From NCBI GenBank assembly GCA_007378955.1, contig VMGY01000001.1, forward strand, positions 38,804 through 102,803: a stretch of DNA of 64,000 nt. The letters run 5' to 3'. The translations under genes and the position numbers were made by a program. Under the pieces are notes generated by a model. The model did not search any database, was not told where the DNA came from, and saw only the letters and a list, made by a program, of their open reading frames with translations. The stretch's first letter is position 1; the number at the start of each line of letters is the position of its first letter. The DNA comes from Parcubacteria group bacterium Athens0714_12. GTDB lineage: Bacteria > Patescibacteriota > Patescibacteriia > UBA2591 > VMGY01. Below, piece after piece: positions 38,901 to 47,099 of the stretch.

Positions 38901-39778
38901 CTCAAGGATATTTCTGGGATTTCTATAAAAAACAATGCGTGAAAGATATGTATGCGCCACCACCCCCTGTTACTCCGCCTCAAGCCTGTCCGGCAGTTAT
39001 GCCTCGTCAATGTAACCCAGGCGAAACACCTACTTATGGTAATTGCGGCCCTTCCTGCACTATCCAATCCGCAACACCTTCCTGCCCATCAGGCCAATGG
39101 TGGTCTTCATCTGAAAATCGCTGTGCAGGCGGCGCCACTCCTACGCCAATAACAGGGGGTTGCGCCAGTATTATAGATAAAAACGTTTGCATGAGTAAAC
39201 CTGAATGCGGCGTTTGGTGCAGCGGAGATCCAAATCCGTGTTACGGACCAGGGCGCACCTGTGGAGGAAGTGGTACTTGCGGCAATAAAATCTGTGAAGG
39301 AAATGAAACAACAACTTCCTGCCCATCTGATTGCGGCGGCACTCCTCCTCCATCAGGCGGAGTCTGCGGCAATGGAACTTGTGAAAGCAGTGAAACGATG
39401 ACTTCCTGTCCAAGCGACTGCGGAACAACAAATTCCACTTGTCCATCAACCATTTACAACAACTACACTACTGGTTTTGCCTGTAATTATTCAAATTGCC
39501 CGAACGGCTGTATCTTTGACTACAAAGGCTGTCCTAACGGCTGCATAACCAGCACGACTATTTGCGGCAATGGCGTATGTGATAATGGAGAAACAACAAC
39601 CTCCTGCCCATCTGATTGCGGCGGCACTCCTCCTCCATCAGGCGGAGTCTGCGGCAATGGAACTTGTGAAAGCAATGAAACGATGACTTCCTGTCCATCT
39701 GATTGCGGCAATGTCCCGCCTCCGGGCTCTATCCTTCAAGCAATTCTTAATTTCTTTAAAAAGCTTTTCAGCAGATAA
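35954..39778 (+). CDS. Giant secreted protein: DUF5667-like/helical body plus Cys-rich repeats
   Basis: GGAGG RBS before ATG 35954; signal peptide ending AQA; IKPGNFFHPFK; CPxGxYWD and CGNGxCExxETxTSCPSDC repeats. Confidence 0.85.
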   Translation: MKKFTHCLKKMGTGIIIFAVLFIFQAQAQTPETDLLPVVDAPLSGNPIITDTATDTPEATSAPETGLLAKETAPPPEVLQDTQISAEDLGAVNARIKPGNFFHPFKQFGRDVQEFFTFDPVKNAELKLKHANQELSEIQQLVEEKGIENINPKILTNSVDWFENKMENIKNASEKIKGQKTKNPEGIEELLNNLTDKQIKEHKILEKFNEGITENKEKIVGAEDAFAALKDVQSNVLKHFGEILTNVDEQEKIPARLSAVANEQQGSEFKLIKTTEILKKLQEQAPEETKDAIKKAQTKTMELLQEDMKAMPAVVRAEKFKTYTNALPGNETIQLSVFEDLKQLPNIPQDILKKIEEVKEFAVKRFEEKAIKFKQPEVQEKFFEDLKGDSLDDIMVLEELKAKITAKQESLKKKVEQKNIEGMEKFKKKFTDAQSQEQAKQFEKLVKEMTANPNPKTLKLISELETQVAQDPEKKAFIEEIKTKTKAEMETKFRMEGERFFDRMSSLNPEDMMVFQKMEQDQFYDPMMIEQFSQHQTNRFKEYVQGIDNTENFDRFNKRFGTEVVQIIKTKDTEFSNVMQFKSRKIAEAEMQLKENEARMKMELEWKKSENDFQMKLRRAANDEAKKALYEEKRQKELSLVDQEFETRKKMMQERIKFDPFCDEICQVIQKQFLEQDSNYRKQNIMEDARMREFEMELRTQPAMGGGDPFQGKCQSPETCMKFCKENLNFSACQMLAPMQMQMPPQTQPVEGQMPQNIYANNPMYGPPPCPPGQINMPKGSGQWVCTDDPYQKISETFKKCPPGYNWNDIKAFCEFNQVMFKTSCPQGEYWDEGKKTCIRPGMPQACPPSQYWDPGKQACVSSGQNPCPPNQYWDAGKNGCAQYKTEQACPQGQYWDSGLQTCRGQQITQPMPVFCGPGESWDNIRGCVRENFQQCGPGEYFDFYEKRCKTDQWKSCPSGEYWDQGRNSCIRDMMAQPVEQCAQGYFWDFYKKQCVKDMYAPPPPVTPPQACPAVMPRQCNPGETPTYGNCGPSCTIQSATPSCPSGQWWSSSENRCAGGATPTPITGGCASIIDKNVCMSKPECGVWCSGDPNPCYGPGRTCGGSGTCGNKICEGNETTTSCPSDCGGTPPPSGGVCGNGTCESSETMTSCPSDCGTTNSTCPSTIYNNYTTGFACNYSNCPNGCIFDYKGCPNGCITSTTICGNGVCDNGETTTSCPSDCGGTPPPSGGVCGNGTCESNETMTSCPSDCGNVPPPGSILQAILNFFKKLFSR
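39305..39697 (+). repeat. 108-bp intragenic direct repeat (39305-39412 and 39590-39697)
   Basis: Two mismatches between copies; in frame. Confidence 0.9.
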
Positions 39779-39799
39779 AAATCTGAAAACTTTATCGCG

Positions 39800-39838
39800 G
39801 AAACCCCTGTCCATTGTCGGCAGGGGTTTCTTTTTTTT
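39800..39838 (+). terminator. Intrinsic terminator
   Basis: GAAACCCCTGTC-loop-GGCAGGGGTTTC followed by T8. Confidence 0.85.
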
Positions 39839-39851
39839 AAAATTTATCTTA

Positions 39852-39946
39852 TACTACGAAAGTATGAAAAAATACGAAAATTAAATTAAAATTATTTCGT
39901 AGTTTCGTACAATTTCGTACTTTCATGAGAGTTCGTAATTTCGTAT
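39852..39946. repeat. TACGAA/TTCGTA short-unit palindromic repeat upstream of miaB
   Basis: Several TACGAA-like units followed by several TTCGTA units. Confidence 0.6.
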
Positions 39947-39952
39947 GAGTAT

Positions 39953-41185
39953 ATGCAATACCATATTATCACCTACGGCTGCCAAATGAATAAATCTGAT
40001 TCAGAACGAATCGCCTCTGTTATAGAAAAATACGGCCTTTCCCCCGCGCCTAAAAAAGAAAATGCTGATTTAATCATTATTAATGCTTGTTCTGTCAGGC
40101 AATCGGCAATGGACAGAATTTATGGGCAAATCAGATATTTAAAATTAAAAAATAAAAAAATAAAAATTTTTCTGACTGGCTGTTTACTGGCTAAAGACAA
40201 AGAAAAACTTAGAAATAAAACGGATTTGATTTTTAAGATAAAAAATTTACTAAAACTTTCTAATTTTCTTAACCAAAAATTAAAAAAACAAATTAGCGAC
40301 GATTATTTTCAAATTTCCCCCAAATATCAAAACAAATTTTCCGCCTATATTCCCATTATGACCGGGTGCAATAATTTCTGCTCTTATTGCGTAGTCCCTT
40401 ATGTCCGCGGCCGCGAATATTGCCGTTCGCCAAAAAAAATTATCAAAGAAATAAAAAATTTAATAAAAAACGGCTGCAAACAAATAATTTTACTGGGGCA
40501 AAATGTGAATTCTTATAAATCCAAAGGAGTTAATTTCCCGAAACTTTTAAAAATGATTAATGATTTAAAAGGCGATTTCTGGCTGGCTTTTTTTACTTCC
40601 CATCCCAAAGATTTATCGGATGAACTTATAAAAACAATGGCGAAATCTAAAAAAATCAATCCTTATTTGCATTTGCCAATCCAATCGGGCGACAATCAAA
40701 TTTTAAAAAAAATGAACAGGAAGCATACGGCTGAAAATTATGAAAACTTAATAAAAAAAATCCGCCGAAAAATTCCCCAAATCGCCATTTCTACTGATAT
40801 TATTATCGGTTTTCCCGGGGAAACAAAAAATCAATTTCAAAATACGGCTGAATTAATGGAGAAAATAAAATTTGATATGGCTTATCTGAATAAATATTCT
40901 CCGCGCCAACAAACCGCCGCCTTTAAGTTAAAAGATGATGTTTCCCAAAAAGAAAAGAAAAGAAGGTGGGCGGTTTTGAATGAAATTTTAAAAAAAACCG
41001 CTTTGGAAAATAATCAGAAACTAATCGGCAAGACGATAGAAGTTTTGGCGGAAAAAAATAATTTCGGGCGCGGTTTTAATTTTAAAGACGTTCAATTTAA
41101 AGGCGATAAAAAATTAATCGGCAAATTTGTTAAAATAAAAATAACCCAAGCTAATCCCTGGAGCTTAAAAGGCGAATTAATATGA
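39953..41185 (+). CDS. miaB: tRNA methylthiotransferase MiaB
   Basis: TYGCQMN, GCNNFCSYC, TRAM domain; next to miaA. Confidence 0.93.
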   Translation: MQYHIITYGCQMNKSDSERIASVIEKYGLSPAPKKENADLIIINACSVRQSAMDRIYGQIRYLKLKNKKIKIFLTGCLLAKDKEKLRNKTDLIFKIKNLLKLSNFLNQKLKKQISDDYFQISPKYQNKFSAYIPIMTGCNNFCSYCVVPYVRGREYCRSPKKIIKEIKNLIKNGCKQIILLGQNVNSYKSKGVNFPKLLKMINDLKGDFWLAFFTSHPKDLSDELIKTMAKSKKINPYLHLPIQSGDNQILKKMNRKHTAENYENLIKKIRRKIPQIAISTDIIIGFPGETKNQFQNTAELMEKIKFDMAYLNKYSPRQQTAAFKLKDDVSQKEKKRRWAVLNEILKKTALENNQKLIGKTIEVLAEKNNFGRGFNFKDVQFKGDKKLIGKFVKIKITQANPWSLKGELI

Positions 41186-41302
41186 AAATAAATAATAATT
41201 TAAAATCTATCAAAAGGGAAAAACAACGCCTAAAAATAAAGTACTGCTTAAAAGGCGGGACTTTGGCCGGACAAAAAAGAAAAATGGAAACAAATAAATT
41301 TT

Positions 41303-42244
41303 ATGAAAGAAAGAAAAAAACTTAACAAGTTAGTCGTTATTTTAGGCCCGACTGCTTCAGGCAAATCGTCAATGGCGATAAAGTTGGCTAAATTTTTTAA
41401 TGGCGAGATAATCTCGGCTGATTCAAGGCAAATTTATAAAGAAATGGATATTGGGACGAATAAAATCCCCCTCCTCTATCCTCCCCTTTTTCAAAAGGGA
41501 AGAATTAAAGGAGGGGGTTATATGATTGATATTACCAAACCGAACCAAAGTTTTACCGTGGCGCAATTTAAAAAAAAGGTAATAAAAATTATCAAAGATA
41601 TTCAAAAACGAAACAAAATTCCTTTTTTGGTCGGCGGCACTGGCTTGTATATCAGCGCCATAACCGATAATCTAAAAATTCCCGAAATAAAACCGAATGA
41701 AAAATTAAGAAAAAAAATAGAAAAAGAAATAAAAAAATATGGCTTGGGAAAAATTTATCAAAAACTTCTTAAATTAGACCCGGGAGCGAAAAATTTTATA
41801 GAAGAAAAAAATCCCAGAAGAATTATCAGGGCATTGGAAGTTTGCCTGACTGCCGGAAAATCATTTTCAGAATTAAGAAAAAAAGGGGAACCTTTATTTG
41901 ATGTTCTGAAAATCGGTATTAAAACGCCAAGGCAAATTTTATATAAAAAAATCAACCGGCGGGTTGATGAAATGCTCAAGCAAGGATTATTAAAAGAAGT
42001 TGAAAATTTAGCTAAAAAATATTCATGGCAATTGCCGGCGATGAGCGGCATTGGCTATAAGCAATTGGGAATGTATTTAAGAAAAGAAATTGACCTGAAT
42101 CAAGCGATTAATTTAATTAAAAGAGATACTCGCCGCTACGCCCGGAGGCAAATTTCCTGGTTTAAACGCGATAAAAATATTCACTGGATAAAAAATCGCC
42201 AAAAAGCCAAAAAAATAATTAAAGAATTTCTTTCAAAAGATTAA
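41303..42244 (+). CDS. miaA: tRNA dimethylallyltransferase
   Basis: GPTASGKS, SADSRQIY, VGGTGLY, YARRQISWF. Confidence 0.96.
   Translation: MKERKKLNKLVVILGPTASGKSSMAIKLAKFFNGEIISADSRQIYKEMDIGTNKIPLLYPPLFQKGRIKGGGYMIDITKPNQSFTVAQFKKKVIKIIKDIQKRNKIPFLVGGTGLYISAITDNLKIPEIKPNEKLRKKIEKEIKKYGLGKIYQKLLKLDPGAKNFIEEKNPRRIIRALEVCLTAGKSFSELRKKGEPLFDVLKIGIKTPRQILYKKINRRVDEMLKQGLLKEVENLAKKYSWQLPAMSGIGYKQLGMYLRKEIDLNQAINLIKRDTRRYARRQISWFKRDKNIHWIKNRQKAKKIIKEFLSKD
41467..41517. repeat. Palindromic element in frame within miaA
   Basis: CCCCCTCCT..CCCTTT / AAAGGG..AGGAGGGGG, translated as PLLYPPLFQKGRIKGGG. Confidence 0.7.
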
Positions 42245-43697
42245 CAATTTGCCGGGCGTCCATCTTGCCTTTTGTTTCTTTCATTGCCTGGCCAACTAAA
42301 AACTGCAAAGCATTGGCTTTGCCTTTTTTATAATCTTCAACAACCTTAGGATTGCTTTTTATTATTTTTTTTAACGTTTCCTGAAGTGATTTTTCATCGC
42401 TCATTTGCGTCAAATCATCTTCTTCAATAATATGCTCTGGGTCGGAACCGGTTTTAAACATTTTCTCTAAAATTCTTTGGGCAAGATTGCTGGTAATTTT
42501 ATTTTGATAAATCAAGCTGATAAATTTAGCAAAACGAGCCGGGGTAATTTTTATTTCTTTAATTAAACTATCGCTTTCATCAACAATCTTATTTAATCGA
42601 TTAATTATCCAATTAGCGACTAATTTAACTAATTTTCTTTTATTCTCTTTCCATATTTCTTCTTCCGTTCCTTCCAATCCCAAAGTTAAAAGCCAAGTCC
42701 TTAGTTCTGAAATAACTTGTTCGGCATAGTAAGATAAATCCCTGTCATCAGTTAACGCTTTTGATTCTTCTGAATTAAACTCATATTCTTCCGCGAATCT
42801 TTTTCTTTTGGCTTGCGGCGTTTCCCTTTTCATTCTTTTTATTTTATTTATCCTTTCTTCGCCAATCTTTAAAGGAGGTAAATCCGGCTCGGGAAAATAT
42901 CTGTAATCAGACGCTTCTTCCTTGGTTCTTTGTTCAATCGTTACTCCCTTCGCGTCATCCCATCCTCTTGTTTCTTGTTCTTTCGGCGCTTTATTTTCTT
43001 CCCATAATTTAGCTTGTCTTTTAATTTCATATTCCAAAGCTCGCTCCACCGCCTTAAAAGAATTCAAATTTTTTATTTCTATTTTAGGATAAAGTTTTTT
43101 GCCGCCAATGGGCCTGAGAGAAATATTCGCGTCGCACCGCAAATGCCCTTTTTCCATATCAGCGCAAGAAACGCCCTGATAACGCATAATCAATCTTAAT
43201 TCCTGTAAAAATAATTTGGCTTCCTGCGGAGTTTTAATCTCCGGTTTGGTAACGATTTCCAATAATGGCGTGCCCGCGCGATTAAAATCAATTAAGGTTG
43301 AGTTTTTTTTGTGGATTAATTTAGCCGCGTCTTCCTCCAAATGAATTCGTTCAAGCTTGATTTTTCGATTATTTATTTCCAGATAGCCGCCGCTGACTAT
43401 CGGCAAATCATATTGGGAAATTTGATAACCTTTCGGCAAATCAGGGTAAAAATAATTTTTGCGGTCAAATTTAGAAAATTTAGCTATTTTGCCATTTAAA
43501 ACCATGCCGATTAAAATAGCCCAATCAATTGCCTGATTATTAATCACTGGCAAAGTTCCCGGCTGACCGGTGCAAATAGGGCAAATAGTTGTATTCGGCT
43601 CTTTATCCTCGCCTGTATTATCGCAAGCGCAAAACATCTTGGATTTAGTTTTTAATTGGATGTGTATCTCTAATCCAATTACCGGCTCGTATTTCAT
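42219..43697 (-). CDS. gatB: Asp/Glu-tRNA amidotransferase subunit B
   Basis: IGLEIHIQL, RKNYFYPDLPKGYQISQ, YRYFPEPDL. Confidence 0.97.
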   Translation of the reverse strand: MKYEPVIGLEIHIQLKTKSKMFCACDNTGEDKEPNTTICPICTGQPGTLPVINNQAIDWAILIGMVLNGKIAKFSKFDRKNYFYPDLPKGYQISQYDLPIVSGGYLEINNRKIKLERIHLEEDAAKLIHKKNSTLIDFNRAGTPLLEIVTKPEIKTPQEAKLFLQELRLIMRYQGVSCADMEKGHLRCDANISLRPIGGKKLYPKIEIKNLNSFKAVERALEYEIKRQAKLWEENKAPKEQETRGWDDAKGVTIEQRTKEEASDYRYFPEPDLPPLKIGEERINKIKRMKRETPQAKRKRFAEEYEFNSEESKALTDDRDLSYYAEQVISELRTWLLTLGLEGTEEEIWKENKRKLVKLVANWIINRLNKIVDESDSLIKEIKITPARFAKFISLIYQNKITSNLAQRILEKMFKTGSDPEHIIEEDDLTQMSDEKSLQETLKKIIKSNPKVVEDYKKGKANALQFLVGQAMKETKGKMDARQIVNLLKEIL

Positions 43698-43770
43698 ATA
43701 ATAATTTTTATTAAATATCTTTAATAAAACAATAGCACATTTTTATTAAAAAAACAATTCCACGCTAAAT

Positions 43771-43962
43771 TCAGCATGGAATTATTTTGGCTCTTTTTTC
43801 TAATTTAAAAAAATTCTTCGCTTGATGGTATGGTTCTGCCCTCCATTTTCTTATTCTATCCGCCCATTCTTTTAATTTCTGGTTTGTATTATACAAATTT
43901 TTTACCTTATTTCTTGACCCGAAAATGAATCTTTTTCCTTTTTTACTTTGTTTTTTACTCAT
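43771..43962 (-). CDS. Small basic hypothetical protein
   Basis: GGGAGG RBS before ATG 43962; co-oriented in the operon. Confidence 0.5.
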   Translation of the reverse strand: MSKKQSKKGKRFIFGSRNKVKNLYNTNQKLKEWADRIRKWRAEPYHQAKNFFKLEKRAKIIPC

Positions 43963-43973
43963 TTTATCCTCCC

Positions 43974-44405
43974 TTAATTTTTGTAAAGAATAGCTTGGCA
44001 ATTTGAATTTTCATTAATATAGTCCACTATCCTTCTTCTGTCTTCCAAATAATAAACGCACCTTTCTTTTTGCGCCATTCTTCCTTTATACTCTTGACAA
44101 CTTTCTTTCATGTTTTCACGAAGAATCAGTTTATCAAAAATTACTCCATTCCACTTAAGCCAACTTTCAAGCTCTTCACGATAATTTTCGCTATTGGCGG
44201 AAATTATCACGATTTTATTTCCTTGGCTTTTTAACCTTGCTATTGTTTTTCTTACCCCAGCGTCAACTTTTCTGAAAAATTTATCGTAAATTTTTCGGAA
44301 AAACCGCACTCTCAAAATCTGATAAACCATTAGTTCAAAATTTCTGCCGAAAAAACTAAACCCCTTGGAAATCACGCCGTCAATATCAAAACCATAAATA
44401 GCCAT
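43974..44405 (-). CDS. HAD-superfamily phosphatase (capless)
   Basis: FDIDGVI, IISA, YLEDR. Confidence 0.8.
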   Translation of the reverse strand: MAIYGFDIDGVISKGFSFFGRNFELMVYQILRVRFFRKIYDKFFRKVDAGVRKTIARLKSQGNKIVIISANSENYREELESWLKWNGVIFDKLILRENMKESCQEYKGRMAQKERCVYYLEDRRRIVDYINENSNCQAILYKN

Positions 44406-44452
44406 TTCTTCACCTCATCTTTATTTATTTTTAAAGAACAAAATGTTTAATT

Positions 44453-45022
44453 TTATTTAATCCTGAATTTTTTTAATATTTCTTCTAATTTTTTTCTTAA
44501 ATCTTCTATGCGGCCATTATTTTCTATAATCAAATCCGACATTTCCAAACAAGCTTCAACCTGCTGGCCGTGCACTTCCTGACCACTGCCTAAATCCCTT
44601 GAATCAACTTTGTAAAAATCTTCGGCTTTTTTGGGGTCGGAATCTCTGTTCCTTTTTAAATACCATTCTAATCTGGTTTCGCGTGAAGCAGTAATACCAA
44701 TAATAAATATATCTAATTTGTCTTTTAAAAAATTTATTTCTCCGGGATTTCTGATGCTATCTATCACAATATTGCGTGTTTCTTCGTTATTAATCATCGC
44801 CGCGGTTTTTTTCGCCAAAACATCTTTTCCAAACTCTTTTCTAAGATTATCACCTATGTTTTGCAAAGTCTCTCTTTCTAATGCCAATCCTCTGTTTTTT
44901 GCCTCTTCTCTTACCCTATCAGACAAAGAAAGATAAACAAATCCCGCGTCCTGAAAAAATTTAGCCGCCTCGCCTTTGCCGCTGGCGATTGGTCCCACTA
45001 ATCCGATAATCAATCTGAACAT
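44453..45022 (-). CDS. P-loop nucleoside monophosphate kinase-like protein
   Basis: GPIASGKG, VIDSIRNPGE, IIENNG. Confidence 0.85.
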   Translation of the reverse strand: MFRLIIGLVGPIASGKGEAAKFFQDAGFVYLSLSDRVREEAKNRGLALERETLQNIGDNLRKEFGKDVLAKKTAAMINNEETRNIVIDSIRNPGEINFLKDKLDIFIIGITASRETRLEWYLKRNRDSDPKKAEDFYKVDSRDLGSGQEVHGQQVEACLEMSDLIIENNGRIEDLRKKLEEILKKFRIK

Positions 45023-45034
45023 ATTAATTTTTAA

Positions 45035-45538
45035 TTAATAACCTTTTATTTTTAAGTCATTAAAATCTAAAATTTCTTCTTTAATCCAATTTTCTGGATT
45101 AATGCGTTCTATTTTGCCGTTTTTTTCAAAAATTACCTCTTTTAAGCCGGCATTAATAATCATTCTCTTGCATAGTTTGCATGGTTGGATATTTTCAACC
45201 GGAGTTCCATTAATATTTTCTCCATAAAGATATAAAACCCCGCCTAAAATAGAAACACCGGCCCTTGCCGCATTGATAATTACATTCATTTCAGCATGAA
45301 CACTGCGGCATAATTCATAACGTTCGCCCGATGGAATATTCGCTTTAGTTCTCGGGCAAATATCCAAATCTTGGCAATTTACCGCTTTTCTCGGCGCGCC
45401 TACATAGCCGGTGCTGATTATTTGGTCATCTTTAACGATTAAGGCGCCAAAACGCCTTCTTTGACAAGTTCCTCGCCGCGCTACTTGCTTGGCTATTTCC
45501 AAATAATATTCATCTTTATTGGGCCTTTGCTGTGTCAT
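45035..45538 (-). CDS. dCMP deaminase family protein
   Basis: RGTCQRR, HAEMN, PCKLC. Confidence 0.92.
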   Translation of the reverse strand: MTQQRPNKDEYYLEIAKQVARRGTCQRRRFGALIVKDDQIISTGYVGAPRKAVNCQDLDICPRTKANIPSGERYELCRSVHAEMNVIINAARAGVSILGGVLYLYGENINGTPVENIQPCKLCKRMIINAGLKEVIFEKNGKIERINPENWIKEEILDFNDLKIKGY

Positions 45539-45564
45539 ATTTTAATATATTAATCCTTTATAAT

Positions 45565-46672
45565 TTAAAAGGCAAGTTTATTTTTTTTCAAATACGCCTC
45601 TATAAAATCTTCCAATCCTCCTTCTAAAACATCTTTCGGATTTTTAGTTTCATAATTAGTCCGATGGTCTTTGACTAAATGGTATGGATGCAGAACATAG
45701 GAACGGATTTGATTGCCCCATTCCGCGCTTTTAAATTCGCCTTTGATTTTTTTTCTTTCCTCGTCTTTATGCTCTTGTTCATATTGGAATAATTTTGCTT
45801 TTAAAACTTTCAAAGCTTTTTCTTTATTCTGCCTTTGCGATCTCTCGTTTTGGCAAGAAACGGAAATTTTGGTCGGCAAATGGACTAATCTTACTGCTGA
45901 ATAAGTCGTTTGCACGCTTTGACCGCCATGGCCGGAAGCCAAAAAAGTGTCAATTCTTAAATCTTTAGAATTTATTTCAATCTCTTTTTCTTCCAACTCT
46001 TCTAATTCCGGCAAAACTTCCACCAAGGCGAAAGAAGTATGGCGCATTCTTTCCGCGTCAAAAGGCGAAATCCTGACTAAACGGTGAACCCCGGCTTCTG
46101 CCTTTAAATAACCATAAACGTATTTTCCTTTTATCTCTAAAGTCGCGCTTTTAATGCCCGCCTCACCTCCTTTTGATTGGTCCAAAATTTTTACTCCCCA
46201 TTTCTTTTTTTGGCAAAATTTCAAGTACATATTTAAAAGCATTTCCGCCCAATCCTGCGCGTCGTCTCCGCCGGCGCCGGCGTAAATGCTTAAAATCGCG
46301 TTATTTTTATCGTATTTTTGGTTAAATAAAATAAAAAATTCAAACCTCTCAAATTGTTTTTTGAGTTCATTGAATTTACTTTCTATATCTTCTCTCAAAT
46401 TAACGTTTTGGTCGTCTTCGTCCAAATTGGCGATTTCCAACAAATCATCGACTTCTTTCTTTATTTTTTCCCATTGCTCAATTTCTTCTTTTAATCCATC
46501 TAACTCTTGGCTTTTTATCTTCGCGTTTTTATTATCCCGCCAAAAATCTTTTTGACTTATTTCCGCTTCTAATTCTATTATCTTTTCTTTCTTTTTTTCA
46601 AAGTCAAAGCAACCTCCGCGCTTTTGCAATTCTTTTTTGCAAATCTTCAATTTTATTTATCAAATCCCGCAT
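45565..46672 (-). CDS. prfB: Peptide chain release factor 2, with programmed +1 frameshift
   Basis: Start 46672 MRDLINKIEDLQKRIAKARRLL, then CTT-TGA-C; SPF motif, GGQ, WGNQIRSY. Confidence 0.96.
46603..46617 (-). promoter_or_regulatory. prfB autoregulatory +1 frameshift site
   Basis: GGAGG-TTG-CTTTGAC: internal SD 3 nt before the shift site. Confidence 0.93.
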
Positions 46673-46676
46673 AACT

Positions 46677-46892
46677 TTATTTTTTAAACATTTTATAAAT
46701 CGGTTTGATAGTAAAAATAATTGCTAAAACTAACCACCACCAAATACTCAACCAATTAGTTAAATCATAATCCCAAATAATTTTTATTCCTTTAAGCAAA
46801 ACAATCGTGAATAAAATCACGGCTAATTTCGCGCAAGATATGTCGCAACAATTCAATTTTTTAATTTTCTCGCTAATAAATTTACAACACAT
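46677..46892 (-). CDS. Small two-TM membrane protein
   Basis: GAGGAGGTG RBS before ATG 46892; KIKKLNCCDI, WWWLVLAII. Confidence 0.7.
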   Translation of the reverse strand: MCCKFISEKIKKLNCCDISCAKLAVILFTIVLLKGIKIIWDYDLTNWLSIWWWLVLAIIFTIKPIYKMFKK

Positions 46893-46951
46893 ATTTCTCA
46901 CCTCCTCTCGCCAATTTTATCTAAATTTTTGATTTGATTACAAAATTGAGC

Positions 46952-47097
46952 GTCCGCCGCAGCCTCTTGCCGACCGAAGCCTTGGTGAAGGCTGGTAGCG
47001 AAGGCGGACTCGCGAATTATTCACGAATTAACACAAATTAGTACAAATTAAATTATTATATTCGTAATAATTCGCGGAAATTTGTACTAATTCGCGA
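46952..47097. repeat. Nested REP-like hairpin plus decamer-unit palindrome downstream of htrA
   Basis: GTCCGCC..CCGAAGCCTTGGTGAAGG..GGCGGAC (46952-47009); TCGCGAATTA..TAATTCGCGA (47010-47097). Confidence 0.7.
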
Positions 47098-47099
47098 TT

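Noticed and set aside
39305-39697. 108-bp repeat pair as DGR template and variable repeats
   Set aside because: No reverse transcriptase; both copies are coding; one of the two differences is T/C, so they are not adenine-specific
43974-45538. Kinase plus deaminase as an AvcD/dCTP-depletion defence system
   Set aside because: Separate genes in a housekeeping run (prfB to gatB), with no fusion or antitoxin RNA seen; nucleotide salvage is the simpler reading
46673-46676. ORF-track start of prfB at 46650, or prfB as a pseudogene
   Set aside because: Explained by the canonical +1 frameshift from ATG 46672; well known, not novel
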